NCBI RefSeq assembly: GCF_001194135.2
Contig: NC_068981.1
Span: 184,255,418-184,319,417, forward strand
DNA from: Octopus bimaculoides
Taxonomy: Eukaryota
DNA: 64,000 nt
Direction of reading: 5' to 3'
This document shows, one piece after another, positions 1 to 11,923 of the stretch; positions within the stretch are counted from its first letter, which is position 1; each line of letters begins with the position of its first letter. A program made the translations under genes and the position numbers. The notes below the pieces were generated by a model. It ran no database searches and was not told where the DNA came from. It saw only the letters and a program-made list of their open reading frames with translations.

Positions 1-472
1 AAAAAGAATCTGTATATTAAACAAATGATGTGGAAGGAGAGCTTCTTTAGTACATTGACCTGACATCAGAAGTGTGAGTTTTATGTAGATCCTGCCATTT
101 TGATTGCTTTGTCTGCTGAGTATGATAACAGCAACACACATTCACTGGACAAAATGGGGTCACTACCCATTGAACAATCTAAATAGCAGGACCTACATAA
201 ACTCACAATTCTAAAGCATTCACTTCTAATGATGGCCTTTGTGCCTGAAATATATAAAAGTCACTTAACTTCTCATTTTCACATTGTCAGAAGCTCTTCT
301 TCATTATATGTTATTTTACTTCTGTCTTACAATGCTTCAAGCAAACTACACCACTCTTCAACTGCATATTTTTTCTATGACACCAACAATGCTTATTTCA
401 ACAGACAGCTGTTTCAAATATTATCTAATGAGGTTAAATGAGGCTGAAACATTAGACAGGAATCTAACTTAC

Positions 473-633
473 CGATTATATATTAATCCTGTAAGTGGAT
501 AATCAGTTAAAACCTTCATGTTATCGTAGTTTTCAATATCATTTCCCCAAGCAATAAGTGACAAATTTTCTCTGACACACATCTCCATAAGTTCTGTATC
601 TTTCAGTAACTCTTCTGCATGAGCACAAATACC
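473..633 (-). CDS. GPCPD1: GPCPD1-like exon (end of GDPD domain)
   Basis: tttttaag|GGT ATT...AAT CG|gtaagt; GICAHAEELLKDTELMEMCVRENLSLIAWGNDIENYDNMKVLTDYPLTGLIYN(R); ends in phase 2, so at least one further exon is needed. Confidence 0.94.
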
Positions 634-1215
634 CTTAAAAATAGAAAATAAACAAAGAATGTGTAGATTAGAACAGGGTTTGGTTGTGTAGTTCGTCGGA
701 CAGTTTTGTTCTATTTTAACAAAACTCTCCGACGAACGGGAACGTGAAACTGAGTAACAGCTTTTTGTTATATTTCTGCTGCTTTTAAATAAAGCATATT
801 ACTCTACCTCTGGTATTTGAGTGCTCTTTTTTTCCACCTTGTTTCACATTTATGTGCTTACTCCGGTATATATATATATGTTTGTATGTCTGTGTTTGTC
901 CCCCCACCATCACTTGACAACCGATACTGGTGTGTTTACTTCACCGTAACTTAGCGGTTCGGCAAAAAAGATCGATAAAATAAGTACTAGGCTTAAAAAG
1001 AATAAGTTCTGGGGTTGATTTGCTTGATTAAAAGGTGGTACTCCAGCATGGCCGCAGTCAAATGACTGAAACAAGTAAAAGAGCAAAGAGTCTCTTTGAG
1101 TGGCTCCTTGTTTAGAGGTAAAGCTAAAAGTGGGTAAGTTTTACCTTCATTGTATTCCCTAAATTTAATGTTAATTTTCATAGAATCAACAAACAATGGT
1201 GAAAGAACTACTCAC

Positions 1216-1351
1216 AGTAAGAGATTCAGCCTTTGCAAAGCTAATAGCAGTGCTTGTTGTATGGCAACGGGCATCCTTGTAGGAGACCCAATGACTATTT
1301 ATTCCCTGTGTCAAAAACAGAACAGGATACTTGTTCTGTTTTAAATGTAAC
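1216..1351 (-). CDS. GPCPD1: GPCPD1-like exon (KQNKYPVLFLTQG)
   Basis: ttcaacag|G TTA...CTT ACT|gtgagt; LHLKQNKYPVLFLTQGINSHWVSYKDARCHTTSTAISFAKAESLT; phase 2 to 0. Confidence 0.96.
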
Positions 1352-1494
1352 CTGTTGAAAATAAAAAATAGAAATAACGAACTTATTGTATACAGAGCTC
1401 AGGTACACTACAACTCATCGGAAAAAGTAGCCAAAAGTGCATGAACAGTACCTAGAATAAGCACAGGATGTGAACAGTAAATGAGTCATTAACA

Positions 1495-1950
1495 AAAAAG
1501 GTGAAGGTGAAATGGGGGTATCAGGTATACTGTTGGTGAATGTCAGGAAATATGGAAGTTTTGAAGGATGTAGTGTCCTGACAACTAACAACTGATGTGG
1601 GTAGTTTATTCCATGCTTCAGCAATTCTGAGTGGGAAAAAATGTTTCTAAAAGTCACGGGTGCTGAGTTGTTCTTTGATTTTGTAAGCATGTCCACATGT
1701 GTTAAACATATGGAATTCAAAAAAGTGCCCAAAGTTGTTGTTGGAAAGATGATGGATAATTTTGTGGGTGCCTACCAAGTCAGTTGCCAGATGTTGGAGT
1801 TTTAATGTGTCAATACCCAAGGAACCGAGATCTTCAGAGTATGGTAGATGCCTGACAGTGGGTACTCGTTTGGTTGCATGTTTCTGAATAGTTTCCAGGG
1901 GATTGATATGCTGAGCAAGTTAGGGGTTCCAGATTGGTGATGAAACAATG
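1495..1950 (-). mobile_element. CR1-type LINE ORF2 3' fragment
   Basis: Minus-strand translation gives ASPIWNP*LAQHINPLETIQKHATKRVPTVRHLPYSEDLGSLG...DLVGTHKII and FFxxRIAEAWNKLPTSVVS, typical of CR1 ORF2 C-termini; stops and frameshifts present. Confidence 0.75.
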
Positions 1951-2130
1951 AAAATCAAAACCTCAAAACGATTGTTGTGGTAGTTTAGCCTCCAGCTTTG
2001 ACTGAGAGACATTCCTGTCATGACGATCCCACATGTGAACAGTAAGTGATTAACTTAAACTCCAGGGTTGTCTCCCTTGACCAGCATTGATTATCGAGCA
2101 CATGAATGCTTTTCTTATTACATAAATCTC

Positions 2131-2340
2131 AATAATAATAATCTTTTCTACTCTAGGCACAAGGCCCGAAATTTTGGGGAGGAGGCCAGTCGATTAGATC
2201 AACTCCAGTATGCAAATGGTATTTAATTTATCGACCCTGAAAGAATGAAAGGCAAAGTCAACCTCAGAGGAATTTGAACTCAGAATGGAGCAGCTAAGCA
2301 TTTCACCCGGTGTGCTAACGATTCTGCCAGCTCGCCACTT
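2131..2340 (-). mobile_element. tRNA-derived SINE family B, representative copy
   Basis: Minus-strand head ggcgagctggcagaatcgttagc...ctgagttcaaattcc and body gcctttcatt..tcgataaa. Other copies: 4880-5095, 15250-15420, 17835-18035, 31740-31950(+), 47930-48330, 51040-51232, 54935-55706, 56830-57050(+), 60735-60910. Confidence 0.85.
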
Positions 2341-2714
2341 TAAATAGTAATAATAATAATAATAAAGTTGTTTGTCATTGTCATCTTCGTTATTATTATT
2401 ATTATCTAATGTCAATTTTCCATATTGGTATGGGTTGGACGGTTTGACAGGAGCTGGCAAACTTGATGGCCGCACCAGGTTCCAATTGTCTGTTTTGGCA
2501 TGGTTTCTACTTGTTGGATGCCCTTCCTAATACCAACCACTTCACAGAGTGTACTGGATGCTTTTCATGTGGCACCAGCTAGTGACCCAAAGCTAGCGAC
2601 TTACTATGTTGTTATTCAGAGTTTTCTCACTAGGTAACATCATATAACAACAGTCCTTGCTGACAAACATACATTTGTGGTAAAACTTTTAAGGAACAGT
2701 ATATTACAATGTGT

Positions 2715-3281
2715 GGATCTTTTTTAAAACGGGGGCCACATTTTTCATTAACGAAACACTTTGAAACTTGGAACACTGGTAGAATGTGTCATATAAAACA
2801 TCTTTTTCTCTTAGTCTTCTTAAAAAAAAAGAAATCCATAAGTTATTCCATGTTAAAGTTGTCGTATTTCTGTAATTTCAACCAATCACTGACGTCCATT
2901 CAGCCGATATACATTAAGTGCCGACTACATAAACAAACGATTCTGAAACAATTAACCCTAACCCTAACCCTAGGGTTAGGGTTAGGGTGAAAGCAAATTT
3001 AAAATGAAAAAAGCAAATAAAACGAAGGTATGGAGATTAAATACGCTTTACATCGCTTAATCAGCCAAAGGAGTAAATGTAAACAACTGAATACTTGTCA
3101 GTGATTGGTTGAAATTATCGAAATAAGACAATTTTTTACATGAAATAAATTCGAATACAAAAATATTTTTCTGTTCTATAACACAAAATAGATAAGTATA
3201 CGAAGTTTGAAAGTCTTTCCGTACCAAAAACACTACGTAAAACATTAATGAAAAATGTGGCCCCCGTTTTAAAATAGATCC
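2715..3281. mobile_element. Merlin-like MITE copy 1 with telomeric palindrome core
   Basis: TIRs GGATCT..AAAACGGGGGCCACATTTTTCATTAA / TTAATGAAAAATGTGGCCCCCGTTTTAAAATAGATCC; perfect 8-bp TSD CAATGTGT at 2707-2714 and 3282-3289; (CCCTAA)n(TTAGGG)n at about 2953-2988. Confidence 0.85.
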
Positions 3282-3810
3282 CAATGTGTTATTATTGTTG
3301 TTTAGCCACCCGAACCCCTCACTACCCAGCCCTCATCTGGCAGATCCTGTAATTAAAAGATGTTGCAGTTATGACTTTCCATTTTTTTTCTTTTGTATTA
3401 AGTATGATATACTTAGGGCTGCATCATCAAATGTGCTCATTTTCAAAAGGCAGTAGAGTGTTATTTGTATCCTTCATTACTCAGTCAAATATGATGCTTA
3501 TTTATTCACATGGTTTTCAATTAATCATGCAATATCTTGTAACTTTAAGATTTTGATGCTATGTCTAGTTATTTAGAATGGCATTATAGAGTATGTGTGA
3601 AAGGTTGGATCTAACTAGTTTTAAAATAAAGCAGATAGACTATTTTGGCCAGATAAGGCTGGTTTAAATGCATAAGTGTAGAGGGAGAATTGGCTGCTAT
3701 GTCTACCCGACCAGTATACTATCTCAAGGAATTATAACTCATTAAATAGTATATGGTGAATCTAAACATACATTTTTCTACAGAGGTAATAAAAAGACAG
3801 CTGTACTTAC

Positions 3811-3941
3811 ATACAACATAAATCTGGTTCAAATGTTGACAAAATAATTTTTCGCTTTCCTGAATGCTTAAATATTTTAGCCAATATAACATCCAGAAAA
3901 AAGTTGGCATCAAAGATGTCCTCGCTTTCCATTGTGTCATC
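3811..3941 (-). CDS. GPCPD1: GPCPD1-like exon
   Basis: tttttag|GAT GAC...TGT AT|gtaagt; DDTMESEDIFDANFFLDVILAKIFKHSGKRKIILSTFEPDLCC(M); phase 0 to 2. Confidence 0.95.
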
Positions 3942-4007
3942 CTAAAAAAAAAAAGGAAAGAAAACCATGACTATATATACATATCTATATATATATATCT
4001 ATATCTT

Positions 4008-4204
4008 GATTCGCCATGATAGATCGCTAGCCACTACACATTCTTTATTTTCTCTCCTTGTTTCTTTCTGTGTTCCTTTCTGTGGAAGAGCATAGGCTCG
4101 AAACGTTAAAGTCTTTTTCACTTCCCGAACGTTAAATTAATACATCTGTTTGTTGTCTACACCACCTGTCTTCGTCTTTTGATTTTCTTTGTGAATTTTC
4201 CCTA
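4008..4204 (+). mobile_element. Penelope-like terminal remnant
   Basis: About 190-bp unit also present inverted at 17136-17322; carries a GAGC-loop-GCTC-GAAAC hammerhead-like module and lies next to (TA)n. Confidence 0.5.
4076..4111 (+). ncRNA. Variant hammerhead-like motif in Penelope-like remnant
   Basis: CTTT-CTGTGGA-A-GAGC-ATAG-GCTC-GAAA-CGT-T^AAAG: stems I and II pair, but core position 6 is U instead of A. Confidence 0.35.
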
Positions 4205-4711
4205 TATCTATCTATCTATATATATACACGTACATGGATAGATAGAAGGGTTTCCATGTTTTGTAAGCAATGGTGCCACACACACTGGGTTTGCAAAGCA
4301 AAAAATGCGCAAATGTCATCAAACTGTTGATGCAGAAACTTAAAATTCTGAATGTAAGTTTCTATAGCTGTATCAGTCAATAAATATAGTTCTCTATTTC
4401 CAATGATATTGAGGCCTATCTCTTTTAAGGCCAGCGATTTTGAGTGGTGGGGCTAGTTGATTTCATCGACACACATGGAAGCCTGTCAAGTATGTGTGTG
4501 TATTCCTGACAAGTGTTAGTTTATTTATGTCCCTGTAACTTAGTGGTTCAGCAAAATATCAATAAAATAAGTACTTGACTTTAAAGTGAACATAAGTACA
4601 GGGGTCGATTTGTTCAACTAAAACCCTTGGTTTTGGTGCATCAGTGTGGTCACAGTCCAATGATTAAAACTCGTATAAAACAAATAAATGAAAGATAAAA
4701 TTAAAACTTAC

Positions 4712-4833
4712 AATACATTCTAAAGGGTATTTAATTTCTACATTAAATCCAATTTCTTCAGGAACTTCTTCAAGACATTTCTCAAGAGTAGGAAAGGGTT
4801 GGTCAGGGTCACCGTTTGTTTTGGTGATTGGCA
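4712..4833 (-). CDS. GPCPD1: GPCPD1-like exon (PFPTL...GFNVEIKY)
   Basis: ttttgtag|TG CCA...TGT ATT|gtaagt; PITKTNGDPDQPFPTLEKCLEEVPEEIGFNVEIKYPLECI; phase 1 to 0. Confidence 0.96.
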
Positions 4834-6251
4834 CTACAAAACGAAGAGTTATCAATGAACAACAAAACAACAATAATAATTCTTTCTACTATAAGCATGG
4901 GGCCTGGAATTTTGGAGGAAAGGACTAGTCGATTACATTAAACCTCAGTGCTGAACTGATACTTATTTAATTGATCTCGAAAGGATGAAAGGCAAAGTTG
5001 ACCACGGTGGAATTTGAACTCAGAATGTAAAGCTGGGAGAAATGTCACTAAGCATTTTGTCCAGTGTGTTAATGATTCTGCCAGTTTGCTACCTTTTAAT
5101 GGTTGTAAAGTTTGACATAAGGCTAGCAATTTTAAGTGTATAAGTGACTGAGATTATGACATTATCCCCTAAAAGAGGATGCTAGTCCATCACAGGGTTA
5201 ACTTCCCAGCTCTTGCTGGAACTCATTTCCTGCAGAGTGCACTGGAGTAACACAAAATGAAGTGTTTTGCTCAAGAACTCAACACATTGCCCAGTCTGGG
5301 AATTGAATCCACAATTTTAAAATCACGAGAGCAACACCCTAACCACTAAGCCATGCACCTCCATGTATTTAGTCCTCTGGAATTCCCTTGTGATTATTGA
5401 CCCATAGACATTTAATCTTTTAGCATTCAGATTATTCTATCAAATGTAATATTTATTTATTCACATTCTTCTGAAGTAATCATACATTGTCTCGTAGCCT
5501 TGAGATTTTGATGATGTGGTTGTTTATTTTTAGAATGATATTGTAGGATATGTGTGAAAGGCCAGATCTGGGTAATTTGAACATAAAACATGGATATAGC
5601 GAAAATATCTAAATGTTAATGGGTTAAACTAAACCTCAACTACATTAAGCTGTTAGCATTCATATTACCCAGTCAAACGTAATACTTAGTTATTCACATT
5701 GTTCTGAAATTATCATACATTATCTTGTACCCTATCTTGTAACTTTGAAATTTCAATGATGTGGCTGTTTATTTTGAATAACATTGTAGGTGGGTGTGAC
5801 AGGCCACATCTGACTGGTTTGAACATACAACAGATAGAATATTTGGGCTGATTTAAATGCTGAAGGGTTAATCCCAGCAGTGTGGGAGGGACTGCAAAAG
5901 TGTCAGGTACTACTCCTTCTTCCCTAACTCCCTACACTTTAAAAAGTATAAATAACCAGAATTTCATTAAAATTAATTTAGGAGAGGTTCTAGAAGAGTT
6001 TTTCCAGATTCAGAATCTTATATTACAAACAATTCATCCTGACAGTATCATTTGGGTGCCAATACATTTCATCTTTACAAATCTGAATCTTATTTTATGT
6101 GACACATTCCAATAAAGACAAAATCAGAAATGGATAATGTTCTAGTGGAAGGGATAAACATATAGCAGTTGGACCTTAATGAGGAATAAATAGAAGGATG
6201 ATAGGAAAATACTGAATCCAAATGTGAAAGCTAAACTTTCAATGCAGCTAA

Positions 6252-6314
<63 letters not shown>

Positions 6315-6362
6315 ATTTTATAAAAACACATGCTCTGAACTGAACAGTAAACCAGAACTTAC

Positions 6363-6396
6363 TCCAATAATCAGGTTCTTTCAAACGGTAGAACAG
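6363..6396 (-). CDS. GPCPD1: GPCPD1-like 34-nt exon
   Basis: gcttttcag|CTG TTC TAC CGT TTG AAA GAA CCT GAT TAT TGG A|gtaagt = LFYRLKEPDYW(M). It is the only candidate I found that bridges the phase 0 end of 7346 to the phase 1 start of 4833. Confidence 0.8.
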
Positions 6397-7345
6397 CTGA
6401 AAAGCAAAATTAGAAAAGTATATTTAATTTCAATTTTGAGTCAATGGAATATCTTCTGATTCTTTGTGAATAGATTATTAAGGACTTGTAGAACCATGTG
6501 TAATTTGAATGTAAAAACATTGATAAGTGACTGAGTGAAATGTATGTAAGGTGACTCAGGGCTGGATTAAGACCCACAAAGGCCCTAAGATTTTTGTGCC
6601 CCCGTAATTCCAAATATAAATAATAATAAACCATAAAATAAATTTTTATTTTTCAAAATGAAACAAAAAGATGGAAATTAATGTTTATTTTTCTGTACTT
6701 TCACTTTATTTATATTTGAAAATTTTCTTTTCTTTTTTTTAAATGCAAAGCCTTTGATCAGTTTCTCACTATGACATCATGAATACTTCAAAATCATATT
6801 TTAGATCATATAAACCACTTCAAATAATATTTTAGCAAGTTTAAAGTGATTTCTTTTGTGCTGTAAACCATTTACCATTTCTGTGGTGCCCCCTGCTTCT
6901 CTTGGTGCCCTATGCACATGCTTATTTTGCTTAATGCTGAGGTGTCTGTATGTAAGAATGCCTGCATGTGTATATGTATGTGAGCATTCATATATATGCA
7001 AAAGAAGGTTGTCTTCCTTATAACACTTGAGGTAATATATTCATAAGTTTGCAATAATTAATTTAAGGAAAAATTAATTTCTGTATTCCATACATTTTAA
7101 CCCTTTACTGTAGAAATCAAAATATATCAACTCAAAATTTCATTTCCTTGTGCAGAAAGCAATCTATCTTTCGTTGAGGAATGCCATGTTTGAAGCTATT
7201 TTGTGTTGAGATATGTCAAGCTTATGGAGGCCACAAGACTTGCAGAAATAAAATCAATTCTATTTTTTTGGTAGATATTTAACAGTATTAACTGGAATAA
7301 CTATGAAATTTAATTTTGCAGTTAGAGAGTTAAAAAAAAACTCAC

Positions 7346-7426
7346 CTTTAATGACTGTAATTGGTTTAATGTAAGATTTTTGATTGACATTTTTGTATGG
7401 TTGTCAAGCAAAGTCATTGGATCTTT
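7346..7426 (-). CDS. GPCPD1: GPCPD1-like exon
   Basis: catttccag|AAA GAT...TTA AAG|gtgagt; KDPMTLLDNHTKMSIKNLTLNQLQSLK, matching the K.LT..QLQ.LK motif; phase 0 to 0. Confidence 0.92.
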
Positions 7427-8893
7427 CTGGAAATGAAATAAAATAAAGATGATATATTGCTGAAGTTTAAAATGGTTGGATATTAGTTTGTGCAGATATC
7501 TATGGAAAAAGAAAAGGGTTATTATAATCATCATCATCATGACTATTGTTTTAATGTCCACTTTCCCATGCTTGTGTAGGTCACACAGAATTTGTTGAGG
7601 TAAATTTTCTATGGCCAGATGTCCTTCCTGTTGCCAACTTTCACCTGTTTCCAAATAAGGTAATATTTCCCCATGGCCAGACATGTTTTCACAGGTTAAA
7701 AAAAAGAAAAAAAAAAAAGAAAATATATATATACATATATATCATCATTTAATGTCTGCCTTCCATGCTGGCATGGGTTGGACAGTTTGATAGGAGCTGG
7801 AAAGGCAGAAGACTGCACCAGACTTCTGTGTTTGCTTTGGCACAGTTTTCACAGCTGGATGCCTTTCTTAACATCATGTATAGATGTATGTGTGTGTGTG
7901 TGTGTGTGTGTGCGCCCTTAGAGTTTACTACCCCACTTGGCAACTGATAAATATACCAACATCACATTATAAAAGGGCATCCAGCCATAGAAACCATGCC
8001 AAAGCAGGAGAGATAATGTGCAGCCCAGTCAAATCAGCTCCTATCAAACCATCCAGCTCATGCTAGCAAGGAAAGTGGATGCTAAATGAAGATGTGACTT
8101 AGTGGATCAGCAAAAGGGACTGACAGAATAACAACCAGATTTTTAAAAAAAAGTGCTTGGGTCGATTTATTTCACTGAAACCTTCAAGGTGGTGCCCCAG
8201 CATGGCCACAGTCAAATGACTGAAACAAGTAAAAGAGTAAAAGAGTTGTTNNNNNNNNNNNNNNNNNNNNNNNNNNNNNNNNNNNNNNNNNNNNNNNNNN
8301 NNNNNNNNNNNNNNNNNNNNNNNNNNNNNNNNNNNNNNNNNNNNNNNNNNNNNNNNNNNNNNNNNNNNNNNNNNNNNNNNNNNNNNNNNNNNNNNNNNNN
8401 NNNNNNNNNNNNNNNNNNNNNNNNNNNNNNNNNNNNNNNNNNNNNNNNNNNNNNNNNNNNNNNNNNNNNNNNNNNNNNNNNNNNNNNNNNNNNNNNNNNN
8501 NNNNNNNNNNNNNNNNNNNNNNNNNNNNNNNNNNNNNNNNNNNNNNNNNNNNNNNNNNNNNNNNNNNNNNNNNNNNNNNNNNNNNNNNNNNNNNNNNNNN
8601 NNNNNNNNNNNNNNNNNNNNNNNNNNNNNNNNNNNNNNNNNNNNNNNNNNNNNNNNNNNNNNNNNNNNNNNNNNNNNNNNNNNNNNNNNNNNNNNNNNNN
8701 NNNNNNNNNNNNNNNNNNNNNNNNNNNNNNNNNNNNNNNNNNNNNNNNNNNNNNNNNNNNNNNNNNNNNNNNNNNNNNNNNNNNNNNNNNNNNNNNNNNN
8801 NNNNNNNNNNNNNNNNNNNNNNNNNNNNNNNNNNNNNNNNNNNNNNNNNNGTGAGTGGATTTGGTAGACGGAAACTGAAAGAAGCCCGTCGTA

Positions 8894-8936
<43 letters not shown>

Positions 8937-9268
8937 ATATGTTTGTGTGTCTGTGTTTGTTCCCCCAACATCGCTTGACAACCGATGCTGGTGTGTTTAT
9001 GTCCCCGTAACTTAGCGGTTCGGCAAAAGAGACCGATATGATAAGTACTAGGCATCCAAAGAATAAGTCCTGGGGTCGATTTGCTCGACTAAAGGCGGTG
9101 CTCCAGCATGGCCACAGTCAAATGACTGAAACAAGTAAAAGAGTAAAAGAGTTGTTAGTTTTTACATCTATTTTTCTATACTAGTATCCATCAGATATTT
9201 GCAGGAATTTTTACAAAAGGTGTCGCAGTTGTTTTAAGCTGTGTTGAAGTTTTAAAATGAAATCTTAC

Positions 9269-9361
9269 CTGTTCCATAGCAATATCAATAGAAAAGTCAT
9301 GGTAAATCACAGGTACATGATCTTTTGTTAAGTGCACATCCATTTCAACAAAATCAGCGCC
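9269..9361 (-). CDS. GPCPD1: GPCPD1-like exon (E-x-D metal ligands and second His)
   Basis: ttgactag|GGC GCT...GAA CAG|gtaaga; GADFVEMDVHLTKDHVPVIYHDFSIDIAMEQ; phase 0 to 0. Confidence 0.96.
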
Positions 9362-10040
9362 CTAGTCAAGGGAGATGCAAAAATTAAAAATAGATAATTC
9401 CCAAAAGAATACATTGCAGATTACATATTAGTACATATTAGAAACACACAGCATAGCCTTGTGACTATTTAGTGTAAAAGAGATAATTTTTTCTAGGTAA
9501 TACTTGGTGGGGGTTAGATGTTAGAATTTTAAACTAAGGAACAAGAAAGAACAATGTATAGAATATATATATATATATATTGTATATTTTCATTTGTCTT
9601 GCCCGCTTTATGCTCTGGTGTTTGCTGAATTTTTTCTGGAGAACATTCTTTTCTTTGCGGTTAGATCGTAGGTGATCTTTTTCTAGCATATCGGATGTCC
9701 ACTTAGTGGTCATACCTTCTTATACGCATGTAATACAGTTTTTCGGAATTTTCAGAATTTTTTAATATGCTAGGCCACAGGTTTTAAATTGATGTTAATC
9801 AAATTAATATTCAATTTATCACCGTCAGTATATATATATATATATNNNNNNNNNNNNNNNNNNNNNNNNNNNNNNNNNNNNNNNNNNNNNNNNNNNNNNN
9901 NNNNNNNNNNNNNNNNNNNNNNNNNNNNNNNNNNNNNNNNNNNNNNNNNNNNNNNNNNNNNNNNNNNNNNNNNNNNNNNNNNNNNNNNNNNNNNNNNNNN
10001 NNNNNNNNNNNNNNNNNNNNNNNNNNNNNNNNNNNNNNNN

Positions 10041-10335
10041 ATAACATTTTAATCCATGTATATGATTGCTTCAAATGGTAACACCAATATGCAGGAAACA
10101 TGGAAGAGATTAAATTAATTATTATTAATTTAATTATATATTACCATTCTTGTCAGTCTAAAAAATAAAGGAAACATCAGAAAAGTTGTAACAGAAGAAT
10201 CACGACTTTTCTGATGTTTCCTTCATTTTTTGCACTGACGAGAATGGTAATATATAATTAAATTAATCTTGTCCGTGTTTCTTACATGTTGGTGTTACCA
10301 TTTGAAACGATCGTATGCATGGATTAAAATGTTAT
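10041..10335. mobile_element. Fold-back element with hammerhead-bearing inverted arms
   Basis: Arms 10041-10189 and 10202-10335 are imperfect reverse complements around a 12-nt loop; the left end abuts an N gap. Confidence 0.8.
10231..10319 (+). ncRNA. Minimal type-I hammerhead ribozyme motif, structurally complete
   Basis: TGCA-CTGACGA-GAATGGTAA..(44 nt)..TTACCATTT-GAAA-C-GATC-GTA^TGCA: stem I 4 bp, core CUGANGA, stem II 9 bp including one G-U, GAAA, 2-bp stem III with palindromic GATC loop, GUA cleavage triplet at 10313-10315. Confidence 0.7.
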
Positions 10336-10635
10336 CAAACTTTTAACATCTTCCCTTCTCCATCTTTAATTGCTTATCGAGTTGATATAGGACTGTGTTC
10401 TATAAATGCTTATAATACACCTTATACTTGTAAAATTTTCATATTTTTAATGAAATACTTGCAGTAGCAAGCTACAAATTTAATATAAAGAATCTTTATT
10501 AGATATCTAACTTTGGGCTCCCCAAAGTAAAACTGTTCTAATTGAACTTAACCTTTCTCATATATATATATATATATAAAATTTTTTTCAGAATGAGATA
10601 AAAAAACCAAGGCTAAGAAGATTTTTAGAACATTA

Positions 10636-10684
10636 GGCCTTACAGCTGTTTCCAGGATATTTTTTATATCCCTTCATCAGAGAC
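10636..10684 (-). ncRNA. Minimal type-I hammerhead ribozyme motif (sense to GPCPD1 pre-mRNA)
   Basis: Reverse complement reads GTCT-CTGATGA-A-GGGATAT-AAAAA-ATATCCT-G-GAAA-C-AGCT-GTA^AGGC: canonical core, 7-bp stem II with an A.G juxtaposition at its base, palindromic AGCT loop, GUA triplet, 4-bp stem I. Confidence 0.6.
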
Positions 10685-11871
10685 GGTGTGAGAAAATGGT
10701 TAGCCAATAGTTAATTTAGATAAGATATGAAATAGAGAGTGAAGTAGAGGAATGAAAATAGATGTGAGATATGCAGGGATATTGCATTTGTAGTTCCATT
10801 ATTTACGCAGAATGGTATACATATAAGATTCCTGTACCTTGTATGTAAGTTCCAATAGTATTTAAAATTGGTCATTCCAAGTATAGAGTTTGTACACAGT
10901 GCTATTGAATCAAGAGTTTATTTATAGTGACCTAAAAGTAGGGAATGTATTTGCAAGGTCAAATCGACAACAGGAAGAGAGGAATAAAGAAAAAGAAAAA
11001 AAAAGAAAAATAAGGAGAGAGATAATAAAGAGATGAAGAGAGGTAAAGTGTACCAGTAGTGGTCAGTCAAGATAAATTGATAGTAGGAATGGGGAGGTGA
11101 GGGCGATACAGAGAGATGGATATGAGGGTATAAAAAGATGATAGGATAAAGAGTAAAGGAGTGTCAGATAGACAGAATGGTAGGGTTGATAGAGAGAGAG
11201 AGGTTTAATAGTGTAAAAAGAAAAGGAGTGTCAGGTATGTAGTGATAGAGCCTAAGTGATGGGGCAGAGAGAGGGGGGTAGGGGTAGTAATTTGTTGGAA
11301 TGAAGAATTTGGGAATATAGATTATATGACCTGTGTTGGACTCCTTATTTGCATAATCGCCCATACCGAGAGCTTAAGTATGGTTTGTCCATAGCACTTA
11401 CTCAGCATTACCTGACACCTTTGGGTCTTATTGACACCATTACCTCTCATAACCTATATATATATATTTTATCATCATCATCGTTTAATGTCCATTTTCC
11501 ATGCTGGCATAGGTTCAATGGTTTGAGCCAGTAGGCTGCACCAGGCTCAATCTTATCTGGCATGGTTTCTACAGCTGGATGCCCTTCCTAATGCCAACCA
11601 CTCCAAGAGTGTAGTGGGTGCTTTTACGTGCCACCGGCACGAGGGCCTGTCCAGCGGCACTGGCAACGACTTCGCTCAAATGCACTGGCAACAACCTCAC
11701 TCACTGGGGTTGAGCTGTTTGACTAAAATCCTTAAAGGTGATACCCCAGCATGGTCACAGTCTAATGACTAAAACAAGAGAAAAGTGAAAAAGAAAGGAA
11801 AAGAACACAATGGTAATTTGTACATAATTGCCATTCTGATAAAAGGATAAAATCTAATCTATAATACTTAC

Positions 11872-11923
11872 ATAGTGACCAGCAGCACAAAATGAAGCTA
11901 TAGTGTTTTCCATCAGAGGATTG
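11872..11923 (-). CDS. GPCPD1: GPCPD1-like 52-nt exon (ENT motif)
   Basis: ttattctag|C AAT...CAC TAT|gtaagt; NPLMENTIASFCAAGHY; GDPD ENT motif; phase 2 to 0. Confidence 0.93.

Noticed and set aside
2953-2988. Telomeric repeats as a chromosome-fusion scar
   Set aside because: Orientation is (CCCTAA)n then (TTAGGG)n, the reverse of a fusion, and the tract is part of a repeated MITE with TSDs.
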